The position numbers and the translations under genes are program-made. 64,000 nt of DNA from Camelus dromedarius (lineage: Eukaryota), in the NCBI RefSeq assembly GCF_036321535.1, contig NC_087436.1:103170001-103234000 (forward strand), given 5' to 3'. Below the pieces are notes generated by a model. The model made no database searches, was not told where the DNA came from, and worked only from the letters and a program-made list of their open reading frames with translations. Positions 13,200-27,334 of this stretch are shown piece after piece (the first letter of the stretch is position 1; each line of letters starts with the position of its first letter).

Positions 13200-16100
13200 A
13201 TTCCTGGGCAAGGATGTCTCTAAAGTATAATATCTAGTACTTATTAAAAGTTTAGAGTGTCAGGCAGAAGAAGGACTAAGTAAAAGCAAAACTAGGAATA
13301 CATACAGTACTGTAGTCTATCCTTATCACCATGAGTTCTGTAACTCATATTCCATGATTGAAACAAGTTTGAACACCAGCTGAACTAAAGAAAATGATAT
13401 TTAAAATGGGGAAGGTAAAGGCACACAATGTAGTTTCCACACTTCCCTCAAAGTAGTAAAATGCTGATACCAGGAAATTGTCATGTCACATACACATCCT
13501 GTATTGCTCAGAGCAACAAATTCAAAAAAATGTCAAAGACGTATAGTCACAAATACTTTAAATAGGTCAAAATGGAATCTTTAAAGTACTCAAGTAAACT
13601 ACGGGAAGGCACGGAAAAACAAACAGAAGAATAAGAACTAGAGGGATGAAACAGAAAACAAAATTGTAAACTGGCATACTTCAGGGCAAATATATCAACA
13701 ATTATCTTAAATATATCAATCAAAAGAGAGACACTGTAAGACTAAATAACAAGAAGGAGGGCTATATGTTGCTTAAAAGACACTCATTTCAAATTCAATC
13801 ATATAAATAGGTTGAAAGTAAAATATGGGAAAAAATACACTGGAAACATTAATGCAAGAATAGTACAAGTGCTATATTTAATGTCTGATGAAGCAGAATA
13901 CACAGTAAAGAAAATGACTGCAGAAGAACAAAGGCATTACTTAATAAAAGATCAATCCATGCAGAAAATATAATGATCCTAGATGTTTATAAATCTAACA
14001 ACAGAGCTTCAAAAATAGAGGCAGTAAAATCTGAGAGAGGTTATGAAAAAAATAGACAAGTCCACAGTCATGGCTGGGTACCTCAACACCTTACTATAAC
14101 TGACAGAACAGAAAATCAGCAAAAATACAGAAGAACTGCATAACACAATCAACACACAATCCAACTGACATGTAGGGAATCCTCCATTCAAAATAGCAGA
14201 ATACACTCTTTTTTCTACAAGTACTCATGGAACACTCACTATGATAAACCATATCTTGGGCCATAAAACAAACTTCAACCAATTTAAAACAACTGAAATC
14301 ATACAGAGTGTGTTCTCTGACCATAATGTGATCGAAATAAATGTAAGACAAAGAGAACAGGAAAATTTTTAAACATGTGTAAATTAAACTTCTAAATAAT
14401 CCATTGATAAAAAAGAAGACTCAAAGGGAATAAAGTAAAATAAATACATATAATTGAAATGAAAATGAAAACACATCAAAATATACAAAATGCAGCCAAA
14501 TCAGTTATGAGAATGAAGAAATTCATACTATGAAATACTTAAACTGAAAGGAAAAAAAGACTCAAGTCAGTAACTTAAGTTACACTCAAAGAAACTAGAA
14601 AAAGAAGAGTAAAACAAAACCAAAGCAAGCAGAATAAAGGAAATACTAAAGATAGAGGCAGAAATCAATGTAATTAAAATAGTAAAACAACAGCAAAACC
14701 AATTCAAGAAACGTTGTTTCTTTAAAAAAAAACAATAAAATTGATAAAACTCTAGGAAGACTGAAAAAAAAAAACACTGAAAAACAAGGAAGACACTAAT
14801 ACACAATCCACCAGCATCAGAAATGATATAAGGGATATCACTACAGATATTAAAAGAATAATAAGGGAATACTATGAATACATGTATGCTCATAAATTCA
14901 ACAATTTAGAAGAAACAAATTCCTTGAAAACTACAAACTTACCAATTTCAATCAAGATGAAATTAATAATCTGAATTCTTACAACCATTAAAATAACAGC
15001 ACTTTTATTCTAAAAGTATAGAACTCTCCATACCATGGTGGATTTACTAGAGAACTCTACCTAATAACTAATAAAAAACATTAATACAATTCTACATAGT
15101 TTCTTCCACACAACAGAATGGAAAGGAAGTTCTCCCAATTCATTGTATGAGGTAAGGATTACACTGATATTAAAAAAAAAAAAAAACAGTCAAGTATAAT
15201 AACAAACAAACAAAAACAAGTACAGATCAATACTTACTAATAACTTAAACAGGACAATTGTTATAGAAATATTAGTGAATATAAAATAAATAATAAATAA
15301 ATTAAATAAATAAGTTAGCACTATATAAAATAAAATGTATGCCATGACTAACTGAAGTGTATGACCAGAAATATAAAGATGATTCAACATTTGAAAATCA
15401 ATCAATTCATAATATCAACAAGCCTAAAGGACAAAAATTATATAATCTTATAAATTAATCCAGGAAGGGTACTAAACAAAATTTCATACCCATTATGACA
15501 AATCATCTAGGCATTATTTATAATACCTTCACAAGGAATTTTTTTTTTAACTTAACAGAAAGCATCTACAGATAACCTACAGCGAACACTATACTGAACG
15601 GTGAAAGACACTATGTGTTCCCAAGGATGTCTGCTCTTACCACTCTTATTCTCATAACAGTGGAAGTTCTAACAACTGCAATAAGACAGGAAGAGGAAAT
15701 AGAAGACATGCCGATTACAAAGGAGTAAATCATCTCTGTTTGCAAATAGCACAATTTAAATAAAAATCCAAAGAAATCCAAAACAAAACAAATAAACAAA
15801 AACTCCTAAAATAATGATGAGCACAGAAAGTTTGCAGGATACAATGTCAATGCACTAAAAGGTACTGCATTTCTACTTAGTAACAATAAATTTGTGGAAA
15901 CTGAAATTAAAGCACAAAATCATTTCCAATCACTCTAGAAAATGAAATACATATGTATACAACATATATAGAATCTGTATGCTGGAAATTAGAATATGCC
16001 AGTGAAAGAAATCAAAGAATATCTAAATAAACAGAAATACATAGTGTGTCATGGTTGGGAAAACCCAATATAAAATTCTCTCAAACTGGTCTGTGCTGTA

Positions 16101-17612
16101 AAACAATTCCTGTCAATATCCCAGATCATATTTTAGATATAGGAAAGCTTATTTTATTTAAATTTTATATGGAAAGGCACAAGCTTAGTAGACAATGTCA
16201 GTAATCAAGAGTATGGTATTGTAGAAGATTATATACACACACATCAATGGAAAAAGCAGAGAACACATTATGGACTCACAGCCGTTATCTCAGCTGATTT
16301 TTGAGAGATGTACAAAAGCAATTCAAAGAAGGAGGGATAGAATTTTCATCATATGATGCTGGAGCAACTGGACCTTTATAGACAAAAATTAATGTTGACT
16401 TAGGTGTCACAGCTTACCCCAAAATCAACTCAAAGTGATTCACAGACTTAAATTGAAAACACAAAGCTATAAAACTTTATAAAAATAGGAGTCGGTCATT
16501 AGGATCTAGAAACAGCAAAAGATTGTTCAACTTGACGTGAAAAGCACAACCCACAAAAAAAGAAAAATTCATAAACTGGAACTCACCAAAATGAAAAATG
16601 TTTCACTGTAAAAGCCAAAGGGGATGAAAAGACAAGCTACAGACAGGGAGGAAATATTTGCAAATCACGTTTCTGTCACAAGACTATATCCAGAATAGAT
16701 GGAGAACCATCACATCTTAATAGTAAATATATTAAACAATCAGAATTTAAAAATGAGCAAATGACATGAACAGTTTACTGAAAAAAAATACGGCTATCAA
16801 ATAATCACATGAAAACATGTTCAACATCACTAAACATTAGGAAAATGCAAGTTAATAACACAATGAGATATCACTACACATCATCAGAATGGCAAAAAAC
16901 TTTTTAAAAAGTCGAAATAAATTCTAGTGAGGATCAAGAGAAACTAGATCACCCATGTAGTGTTGGTGGGAGTGTAAAAATATACAGCCACTCTAAAAAA
17001 TGCTGCACATTAATTTTTTTTAAAGGGAAGAAAAAAAATCTAGGAAGGAAGGAGAGAAGGAAGGAGCAATTCCATAAAATCCAGGAATTGCCATCCAGAG
17101 AAATGGAAATTTATGTTCATACAAAAAATCTATATGCAATTGTTCATACAAATTTTATTCGTAATAGCTCAAATCTGGAATCAGCCTGGATATCTTTCAA
17201 CAGAGGAATGGTTAAAAACGCTGTGGTACATGCATACTATGGAATATTAGCCGTAAAAAAGAACAAACTTTTTATACACAGCAATTGGATGAGTTTCCAG
17301 GAAGAGAGGTGGATTTGATTATGAAACAGCAAGAGGAAGGATACACGTGATGATGAAATTGACCAGTATTAGGACCACAGTATCTGGTATGTGAACCTAC
17401 ACATTTAATAAAAGTGTAGAGAACTAAAAACACACACCAATGAGTACAAGAAAAACTGAGGAAATTAGAATACATCGGTGGGTTGTACCAGTGACAATAT
17501 CATGGTTGTGGTTTTATACAAGAGTTTTACCAAATGTGTGTCAGTAAAGTATATATGAGATTGTATTATTTCTTAATATTGCGTGTCAATCTACCATCAT
17601 CTCTATTTAAAA
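13200..17612 (+). mobile_element. Old L1 (L1MC/L1MD-type): degenerate ORF2 and 3'UTR
   Basis: A-rich strand; endonuclease-region text (gagtgtgttctctgaccataatg); ctgtttgcaaatagc at the FADD position (~15737); 3'UTR gagtacaagaaaaactgaggaaattagaata. Confidence 0.9.
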
Positions 17613-18811
17613 ATCCAGTAATTGTAAGTTTTCAAGATGGTTTCTATGGGCATTTTCATGACTACATTTCTGATCATGAAGGGCTATGAAGTTCTGACTG
17701 TGTAGGAATATGAAGTTATGAGACATAAATGTATTATTACTTAGCTTGTGGAAGACTAAACAAAGGGGTCAGCTTAAAGTGAGGGAAGTTGGTATAATTC
17801 ATGAGATGAGCTAACAATCATACAAGACTTCTGTCTGTGAGGTTTGCAAGAGGAGCCCTGAGAATTCTCCGTCCTAGGTTAAATTAGTATTTCTTAACAG
17901 GTATAAAATGGAATACTAGTAATACAAGCTATAAATAGGTATGAACAGAAAAAACTTCCGCATTGCACATTTGGATGCTGAGTTACTAAAAGTTAAACAT
18001 TTCTTTAATTTAGGCATTTACAGAGACTAATGTGTGTTCATTAATAAGTCCCTAAGAAGGAGAGAGAAAATATTAATCCTAAAATATTGTGCATGTGTGT
18101 GTGTGTATGTGTATACACAGCACTTTTTTAGGACTGGTATTGTTTGGAATATATTTTTGCAAAGGCTGGTTTAAATCAGAGCTGACCAGTTTAGTCTTTT
18201 ACCATACATTATACTTCAGTTATCCAAGCAATTGCCTTTATTTCTTGCCAGATACATAAAGTTTTTATAGTTGCTCTTTTTTGTTTGTTTTATGAAGATT
18301 GACAGGGGAAAAAAATTCAAGTTTTCCTCATTTAAAAAAACAAGAAAGTACAAGAAAAAACAAGTACAAGAAATACTGTAAGCACATTTTAATTTACTTT
18401 TCTCTCAGTAAATAGTGTAGTTAGTTGGCTTTTTGATGTAATATGTGGGTCAATAAATTAAAATACAGTCTTATTTTTGACAAAAGAAACTCACAATACT
18501 CTAAGTGTGAGGTATGATTTTAACACTTCTGCATGGCATAACATTTTTATTTAAATTTGATAATTCTTGATATTAAAATGCCTTTGTGAGCTGGAGCAGT
18601 GCACTAAAACGTGATTCCTTGAGGTCATCCTCTTTCAAGCACATAGTTACTTATTCTCATTTCACTGCAGTGATTTGACTTAGCATAATGCTGATCCGAC
18701 TCTATTTTTGACTCTGAATTTTATTGCGGGCATGTGTCAGCTAATTCCTGAAGTGGTTATCCATAAGCCTCTCTCGAATATTCACTGTCCTATTTTGTGG
18801 TCTCTTTTCAG

Positions 18812-18874
18812 GCAACGCTTCCATTGAGGGCAATGGCCCTGACTTAGCTCTTTAGGTGTCTCACCAATCAGCAC
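18812..18874 (+). other. Candidate 63-nt non-coding exon in repeat-free sequence
   Basis: tctcttttcAG acceptor (AG at 18810-11) and GTAAGT donor at 18875; stops in all three frames. Confidence 0.25.
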
Positions 18875-20683
18875 GTAAGTTACATTGCTGGCGGAATGAA
18901 CTACTCCAGCAAACACATTCCAATGAAGAGAGCAAAGCTGAAGGTTCATTAATATTCCAGCCTGCTGCAGACGAGAGGCTTCTCTTAAGTAAGCACATTA
19001 ATCTTATCTTTTCCTGTGAGCATGCTTTACCAGTTACCCAAGCCAAGTGCCTTCATGTGGCTTTCTTTGTTATAGGGCTCAAAGTTGCAAAGCAGAGACA
19101 AAACGTTCTTTCCCACCCACTAAATCAAGTGGAATTATTTCCATGCAAACTGATCTTTAGCTGCCACTTGATTATTTTCCTCCTTTATTTCTTTATCCTG
19201 AATGTCCAATCATCAAACATACACAAGTTAACATATTGATATGGCGCAGAATTTAGGGACAAGTGTGTAACTTGTATACAATGTTGAAGTTTACCTTTCT
19301 CCCCAAACAACTAATAAAGTTTTCATTAGGCTTACTAGGGATAGTCTCAGAAGTTCTTTTTCTGGAAGGTGTCATCTGTATCAGTTTATAAAGAAATATC
19401 AAGGAAAAAGCCTACTATTAAGCTACATTACTTATTTTTTCCTCCATCAATGCCTTTTTTTTTTTTACAATTTAATATCTTTTCATCTTTCTTAATATTT
19501 GATTTTTAAATCACATCTTAAAATTTCCCCAAAAGTGTAGTTAAAATATGAACCTTGATTTTTTTTGGTAGAGTGACATTTTCCAAATTCAGAAGTCAAA
19601 TGTTGGATAACTGAACTTTCAATAAATTTTCTTCTTAATAGTTTTTCTTCTTTAAAAATAATGATCAATATCAACAAATTAGAATATTTATTCCTACATC
19701 AGGCAAAAATGCCTCCCTAGACCACCATCCAATTTTCATGGTATGGTTGCAGTAATCTAAACTAACGTATATCCTTGCAGTATGTGCAAAATTCACTTCA
19801 GGATTTCTTGGACAACACCTCGAAGAGTAGGTGATAATGATCTAGACTGAAACTGAGCTACAGCGTGACGCTGCCTGGCTTTGTATTGATGAAACAGGCC
19901 ACGTATCAAGGTTATTGCAAAGAAAGTGTGGAATTAAATATGAATCCCAAATTGAAAGTCACAAGAGCATGTACAATAAATTTCAGGTATTGATTTGTCA
20001 ATGAGCTGTGTTGCCCCCGCCCCAGGTGACTAACTTTATGTTGATTGTTCCAGAGTGAGTACCAGTAAGGTTTTACGTTATCATTCTCTGAAACAAATCT
20101 ACAGAATCCTTCATGCACCTATCAATTCTACTCGGTTCCTAATGTTTATGACACACTATCATAGTTTTGATTTTTTCAGCCTGCATAACAATCCATGAGC
20201 AAACTGGTATATGCATTATGACTCTCATTTTTAAAACGAAAAAAATTTAAATGTTCTATCACTGTCACATTCTCATTTAATCAGAGAGACAACCTAGCAC
20301 CTTAGGCTGCATTTAATTTTTTGGTTGTTTGTTTTTCAATCTTGATTTAGGTATAAATTTAATAAAATTTTCCCTCTGTAAACTTGCTTTCCCCCCTTAT
20401 CATTTAAATTAGAAGAGGGTGGGGTAATGGATTCTTCCAACAGTGTTTGAAAATTATAGGTCGGCAGAGGTTTCAAGATGGGAAAAGTGGAATACAGTTA
20501 CGTATAAAACTACTGATAAAATGGAGTGGCCCATTAGACATTGATTTGATGAGAAAGACAAGGAACTTCAATGTAAGGTAGAAAATTAGGAGAAAGGGAG
20601 GGATTTGAAGCAAACTGGAAAACTCCAGGAGGAACAGAGAAGCTTTTAATGCCAGAGAGAAACTAAGAAAACTAAATTATTAC

Positions 20684-21303
20684 TGCAGTGTTGCTACCTA
20701 TTGTCTTCCAGCTTCAAATTCACCTTTTAATTGCATTTGCCATTACCATGTGATTCTGTGGCTGGCACCAGGCAAACTGTGATTCTTTAGCTGCCACTTC
20801 ATTATGTCCAGCCGATAGGAGGCACAGAGATTTAAAAGCAAGCAAAGGAAAGAAGGAACTTTCTTCTATTATTTTGTATCCTGTTCCTGGCAGGGTCTCT
20901 TAGGAGCAGCAACACTTCATCCCAGCAGCAGCACTTTGCTAAGGTATCATCAGTTGTTTCCAGCCTCCAGCATCCTTTAGCACATCTAGAACTAGCCATG
21001 TGACATCCCCTCAGAGGTACCAGCAGCAACAAGGTAACAACTCTGCATGAGAGTTCTGAGCCCCAGCTATGTGGGGCCTCTTCTCTGAGTTTCTGTGTTC
21101 TGTTAACTCCATTCTCATCCCTTTCTTCTCCATCACTAGAGAGGACAGCTTTTCATGCACTTTCAATTCATCTCTGACTTATTCAGTATTGTCTCTGTGT
21201 ATTCAGGTCCCCTATACTTGTGTAACAAGTTCCCTACATTCAATTATCTCTGTTGAAGTAACAAAAATGGTTTTCACTCGCCAAGAAGACCCTGACAAAA
21301 ACA
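20684..21303 (+). mobile_element. LTR41-like ERVL solo LTR
   Basis: tattgtcttccagcttcaaattcacc start; end aagttccctacattcaattatctctgttgaagtaac...ccctgac; homologous to 50212-50900. Confidence 0.65.
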
Positions 21304-22629
21304 GGTTATTTCTAAAAAAGGCAATACAAATATAGAAATAAAATTCTGTAATACATAAACATTTTCCTCAATGGCAGGCCCCTATTTCTAGGCATCTGTG
21401 AGTCATGCTTTTCCTTATGTCAGATTAAGAATATTTCTTTTTTTTCTAAGTATGTCAGTAAGAAAATTGGAATTTATAAATTAGGCCAAGGCCACCTGTT
21501 TTGTTGTTGATCTTAATCTTCCATTTGGATGTATAGGAACAGTGCAATATTCCTAAAAAGAGAGACTTTGAATGTTGGAAACAGGGCTCATTTGGGGCTG
21601 ACAGCTAGCTGGCAAGCGTGTGCCTGTGTTTGTGTCTCCTTGTATATCTAATGTTATTTTTGTAAAACCGTTTATAACCAGGTAGGTGTGCACTAGAAAA
21701 AAATATATGCACAAAATTTGAAATATAAAAGTAAACCTTATAGTACAACGCAGTTTCTTTCAAAGTTGATAATATTAAAATCATTGCTATAATGATACTA
21801 AAATTGCACTACATGGTTCCAAAAAATTGAGTCAAATGCTCTTAGGTAATTAATTTTAGTCATATTCTGACACATCAAGATTTCAACAATTTTAAAACCA
21901 TTTGTTTGCATGGAAACATGAACTTAATTAAAACTGAATTAAAGTAATTAACCTAAAACATATTGTACTCCTGAGTGTTTGCTTTTGAATATTTTGGAAG
22001 AAAAAGAACATTTTTCATAATCATTTTAGGTCTTTTATCTAATGTAAGTGTTTATGTTTTATCATGGACCTCTGCATGTGCTAATGTGTCAAATGACAGT
22101 TTTCATGGAGAAAGGACGGTTATGAAGAAGATTTCCATTAAATGAAATGCCAGTTTTCTTGTAGGAATTTAAAGAGTGGAACATTTTATGAATATTGCCT
22201 GTTGTCTGCTTAACCACAATATCCAGCAGATTTGAGGAAAATAACAACAGTGTTATCCTTTATTTCATCCTTTATATTTTATCCCAATGGACTAAGATTT
22301 CTGTCACATTAATGAGGGAGATTACACCATGAGGAACCACAAAAGTAAAACATGAGGTACAGTAGGAAAGCTAAAAAGTTTACTGTAATGATACAGTAAT
22401 TTCTAGATTTTTAAGAAGCAGAGTTTTTGCAGCAGAGAAGCCTATATGTGCATAGATAATATTCACTGAAGAAATTTTAGATTTTCTAAAAGTTTTCAAA
22501 TTGAAGGTTGGTTTTGTTGGCTTAATTGTTCACTTTATTTTTATTATTGTAAGCCATTTTATTTTTTTACATTTTTTGTTTTTTAACATTTGCCAAACTT
22601 GCTTTCGTTTTCCTTCCAAAGTATTTTTT

Positions 22630-24701
22630 TTGTTTTCGTTTTTTAGTTTTTTTAATTGAAGTACATTTGGTTTACAATGTTGTGTTAATTTCTGGTGTGC
22701 AGCATACTCATTCAGTTATACATATATACATTTCTTTTCATATTCTTTTTTCATTACAGGTTATTACAAGGTATTGAATATAGTTCCCTGTGCGATACAG
22801 TAGGACTATGCTGTTTATCTATTTAATATACAGTAGTTAGTATCTGCAAATCCTGAACTCCCAATTTTTCCCTCCACCCCTCTTTCCTGCCTCATGGTAA
22901 CCACAAGTTTGTTTTCTATGCCTGTGAGTCTGTTTCTGCTTTGTAAATAAGTTCATTTGTCCCATTTTTTAGATTCCACATATAAGTGATATCATATGGT
23001 ATTTTTCTTTCTCTTTCTGGATTACTTCACTTAGTATTGACAATCTCCAGGTCCATCCATGTTGCTGCAAATGGTATTATTTTTTATGGCCGAGTAGTAT
23101 TCCATTGTGTGTATGTATGTGTGTGTATATATATGCACAACTTCTTTATCCAGCCATCTGTCAATGGGCATTTAGGTTGTTTCCATGTCTTGGCTATTGT
23201 ATGTAGTGCTGCTATGAACACTGTGGTGCATTATCTTTTCGAATTAGAGTCTCCTCTGGATATATGCCTAGGAGGGGGATTGCTGGATCATATGGTAAGT
23301 CTGTTTTTTTTTTTTTAAGAATCTCCATACTGTTTTCCATAATGGCCACACCAAACTACATTCCCTCCAACAGTGTAGGAAGGTTCCCTTTTCTTCACAC
23401 CCTCTCCAACATTGATCATTTGTGAACTTTTTAATAATGGCCATTTTGACTGGTGTGAGGTGGTATCTCACTGTAGTTTTGATTTGCATTTTTCTAATAG
23501 CGATATTGAGCATTTTTTCATGTGCCTATTGGCCATTTGTATGTCTTCATTGGAGAAATGTTTGTTTATGTCTTCTGCCCATTTTTGGTGGGGTTGTTTA
23601 CTTTTTTTTTTGTTATTGAGTTATATGAACTGTTTGTATATTCTGGAGATTAAGCCTTTGTCAGTCGCATTGTTGGCAAATATTTGCTCCTATTCTGTAG
23701 GTTGTCTTTTTAGTTTTGTTTATGGTTTCCTTTGCTGTGCAAAAGCTCATTAGTTTAATTAGGTCTCATTTGTTTAGTTTTGCTTTTACTTCTATTGCCT
23801 GGGTACACTGCCCTAGGAGAATATTGCTAAGATTTATGTCAGAGAATGTTTGCCTATGTTTCCTTCTAGGAGGTTTATAGTGTCTTATGTTTAAGTCCTT
23901 AAGTTATTTTGAGTTTATTTTTGTATACAGTGTGAGATAATGTTGATTCATTGATTTACATGTGGCTGTCCGACTTTCCCAATACCACTTGCCAAAGAGG
24001 CTATCTTTTCTCCACTGCATATTATTACATCTCTGGTTGAAGATTAACTGACCCTAAGTCTGTAGGATTATTTCTGGGATGTCTAGTCTGATCCATTGTT
24101 CTATATGTCTGTTTTTGTGCCAGTACCATGTTGTTTTGATTACTGCACCTCTGTGGTACTGTCTGAAGTCTGGGACAGTCATTTCTCCAGCTTTTTTCTT
24201 TTTCTTCAGCATTGCTTCAGTTGCAATTCTGGGTCTTTTGTGATTCTATATAAATTTTAGGATTATTTATTCTAGTTCTATGAAGAATGTCCTGGGTAAT
24301 TTGATAGGGATCACATTAAATCTGTAAATTGCTTGGTGTAGTATGGCCATTTTAACAATACTAATTCTTCCAATCCAAAAGCATGGGATATCCTTCTATG
24401 TCTTTAAATCATCTTTAAAGTCCTTCATCAGTGCTTCATAGTTCTCCACATATAAATCTTTTACCTCCTTAGTCAGGTTTATTCCTAAGTATTTTTAATG
24501 TAATTTTAAAAGGGATTTTTTTTTTAACTTTCCTTTACTGTATTTCATTGCTATTGTAAAGAAATGCAACAGATTTCTGTACTTTAATCTTGTATCCTAC
24601 TACCTTGCTGAATTCTTTTATAACCTCTAGTAGTTTTTGTGTGGTATCTTTAGGGTTTTCTACATATAATATCATGTTGTCTGCATATAGTGACAATTTT
24701 A
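22630..24701 (-). mobile_element. Younger artiodactyl-type L1, 3' part (ORF2 C-terminal half and 3'UTR)
   Basis: T-rich tail then ttaattgaagtacatttggtttacaatgttgtg; peptides [21 protein letters not shown] and [16 protein letters not shown] (RT YADD motif mutated). Confidence 0.95.
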
Positions 24702-25090
24702 ATAGAATAAGTAATACAAAAAAAAAAAAAAAAAAAACTTCCTGCAAACAAAAATCAAGACCAGACAGCTTCACTGGGGAATTCTATCAAACATACAAAG
24801 AAGAACTTGTATCATTCCCTCTCAGAATCTTCCAAAGGACTGAAGAGAACACTCCCAAGCTCAGTCTATGAAGCAACCATCACCCTGATACCAAAACCAA
24901 AGACACTACCAAACAGTCAACTTAATACTTAATGTTGAAAATATAAAAGCATTTCTGCTAAAATGTTGACCAAGACAAGAATGCTCACTCTCAACACTGC
25001 TACTCAACACAGTACTGGAAGTCCAAGCCATAGCAATCAGACAATAAAATAAAATAAGAGGGATCCAAATTGGAAGAGAAGAGGTAAAAT
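24702..25090 (+). mobile_element. Inverted 5' segment of the same L1 (twin priming)
   Basis: ORF2 peptide [19 protein letters not shown] on +; ends GAGGTAAAAT, contiguous in consensus with the start of the minus-strand part. Confidence 0.85.
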
Positions 25091-25530
25091 CAAGAGAGAG
25101 TGTTCATCCTGCAGTAGGCTCAACCTTGGACAATTTAAATAGATCCACTGGAGATATCTTGCTGTCACCACCACATCTGCATTGTCCATTCTTTCAGTAA
25201 GAATATAATCTTCTCTGAGTCTCATTCTTTGCTCTTTGCAGAGGCTGATTCCTACCCTAGCTCTAAAGCTGTGTGGAGGCTCTGTGATGTGTTCATTTCC
25301 TAGGATGAACTATATTTACCAGAATTCTCTTTACTGTATGTTTCTTCAAGTGGCCACATGAAGATTGTTGGGAAATTTGGAAGGCAGAAAGGAAGCAGCA
25401 GCCATTCTGTAGTTCATACATATTGTTGTTGGTCTGCTGACTTACTTCTTTAGTTTGAGACAGCACTGGGTTTGCCAACTGCTCAAACTTCTGCTGGATT
25501 CTTCCACAGTTTCTCTGACTCCTGGGTTAG

Positions 25531-25532
<2 letters not shown>

Positions 25533-25580
<48 letters not shown>
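25533..25580. repeat. (GT)24 microsatellite
   Basis: Direct reading. Confidence 0.95.
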
Positions 25581-25582
<2 letters not shown>

Positions 25583-26379
25583 CTTAGTGAGGAAAAACCC
25601 TGGCTTCCATAGTATAACCACACACCAAACAGTTTGGTTTATCTGCTTGGCATACAAGTGGGTGTACTATAGGAAGGCATTTCCGTCAGGTGCCCGTCCC
25701 ATGACTGGACAGCAGAAGTCAATGATTGAAAAGACAGATATTTTGTGGGGATGGGTGGTTGTTTCTGTGCTTTCGCTTTCCTATGTATTAGAGGCTGGAC
25801 AGCACAGGGAGTTCTGTTCCTTTCATTGTCCACCACCACAACATCCTCCTCTTAGCTGTCCTCACTCTCCCAAGGATTCCACCCCCTGGCATCCCAATCA
25901 GGCTTTGTCACAAGTGTTCAGACCTTAATCTGCAGCAGCTTGCTCCCTCCTAGTTTTGCAAAATGACGCATTAAGGTCTTCAGTTTATTATCCTGTTCTC
26001 CCACCTTGTCTGCCAGCCCCAAAGTTGGCAGAGCAGTGAACACCTGTGTGTCCCTCTCTAACCTCAGCTCTTCTTCCAACTTTCTAACTGGAGCTTCAGC
26101 CTCTGGTTGGGCATCCTTCTCTAGCCAACCTGCCCACAGGAGAGACTGCCCAATGCAACAACCATTTGTTTCCCTTCTATGTCACAGAGCCTTGTACACA
26201 GTTCCTCAAACAAGTGCATCTAACCAGCCGGCAGTTTGGGGGCAACACTGTACTCACATGTCAATCCACAAGCATCTAACATATGAGCCACTGAGAAGTC
26301 AATGGCCAGCCCAGGATCTCCCCAGCAGATGTCTCTTTCCAAAGTCCCATTGCTTTGTTCTCCTGGTTGGCTCACCAAC

Positions 26380-26817
26380 TGTTGGTTCAAAACTTCAGAG
26401 ACTTCCCAGGTAAAATCTGAAACTCCTCTGTACACGGAGGACAAGGAAAGATTGGAGATTGAGGCAGACCGCTCTAGATTGGTAGGAGGCAGGTTTAAAA
26501 AGCAAGGGATCTCACATACGGGACTTTGCTTGGGTGGTGGCAAAAAAAAAAAAAAAAAAGTAGATCTCTGCATGCAACTGTCTGTCTTAAAAGTTTATGG
26601 AGAGTCCTTAACCGGGTTGAGTCATGAGAACCATCCAGATGGCCTTGACAACACACTGCTCTCTCAAGGTTGTGTCTCTGAAAATGGCTCCAGCTGTGGT
26701 AACTCTGGACAGAATGTACATTCCTAGGACGGGGTGGGGAGTGAGGAGCCTCCGATCGCCTGGGTCCAGCTTGCAAAGCAGTTGGCAATTATGTCTTCTC
26801 AGTAGCTTCCTCTAACA
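26380..26817 (-). mobile_element. Solo LTR (laurasiatherian, tentatively CarLTR2-like), copy 1
   Basis: TGTTGG...TAACA termini; flanks CAAC/AAAC; clearly homologous to 36225-36622. Confidence 0.8.
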
Positions 26818-27334
26818 AAACAGCCAGGGCAGGAAGGACTGACACAGGATTCGGTCTCTCTTCCTAGGCTTTTGGTTTGTGTTTGTGGGTTCCAGCTTGC
26901 TCTGTACACTCATCTTACCTTCCTCACTGCTTGCCCTCTGACTTCAAGCTCATCATCATTAGTTATGTAAACAGAAGGCAACAGCTTTGCAGAGGCTGCT
27001 TAACCCAACCCAACATTTGCACAAGGCCAAATCCCTAATACTTACATGTCATAACCTACTGAATATGTAATTATGCTTCCACGATTGAACCCTGAATGAT
27101 AAAGAAGGACATGGCACCCAGGCCATAGCCAGTAAGCCCAGTCTGTTTCGCTAGCCACCTGGGCAGTTTGCTCAGGGACTGGTGCTTGACTCAGTTTGCT
27201 CAATTTCATTTCAAAAATTCATGCATTAATTAACACTCTTTTACCTTCTCTACTGAGATCTTCTATTAACGCAACTGAAAGTTTTTAAATGATACAATAG
27301 CTTCAATCATATTTCCCAGAATTCATTGAGGACG

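Larger units (their letters stand above)
25270..27103 (+). mobile_element. ERVL-type LTR (LTR50-like ends), interrupted by (TG)n, an unassigned middle and a younger LTR
   Basis: ccagaattctctttactgtatgtttc...gaaatttggaaggcagaaaggaagcagcagcc 5' part; 3' end gaaccctgaatgata; 25580-26379 not assigned. Confidence 0.45.

Noticed and set aside
18856..19239. 127-aa ORF
   Set aside because: GTG start, no recognisable domain; length reachable by chance in 64 kb.
19861..19873. Palindrome CAGCGT-G-ACGCTG
   Set aside because: A single 6-bp inverted repeat is expected by chance.
22986..23753. Hydrophobic 110-113 aa ORFs
   Set aside because: Antisense translations of the L1 3' region.
25455..25928. Longest ORF (157 aa)
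   Set aside because: Runs through the (GT)24 microsatellite and LTR-derived DNA.
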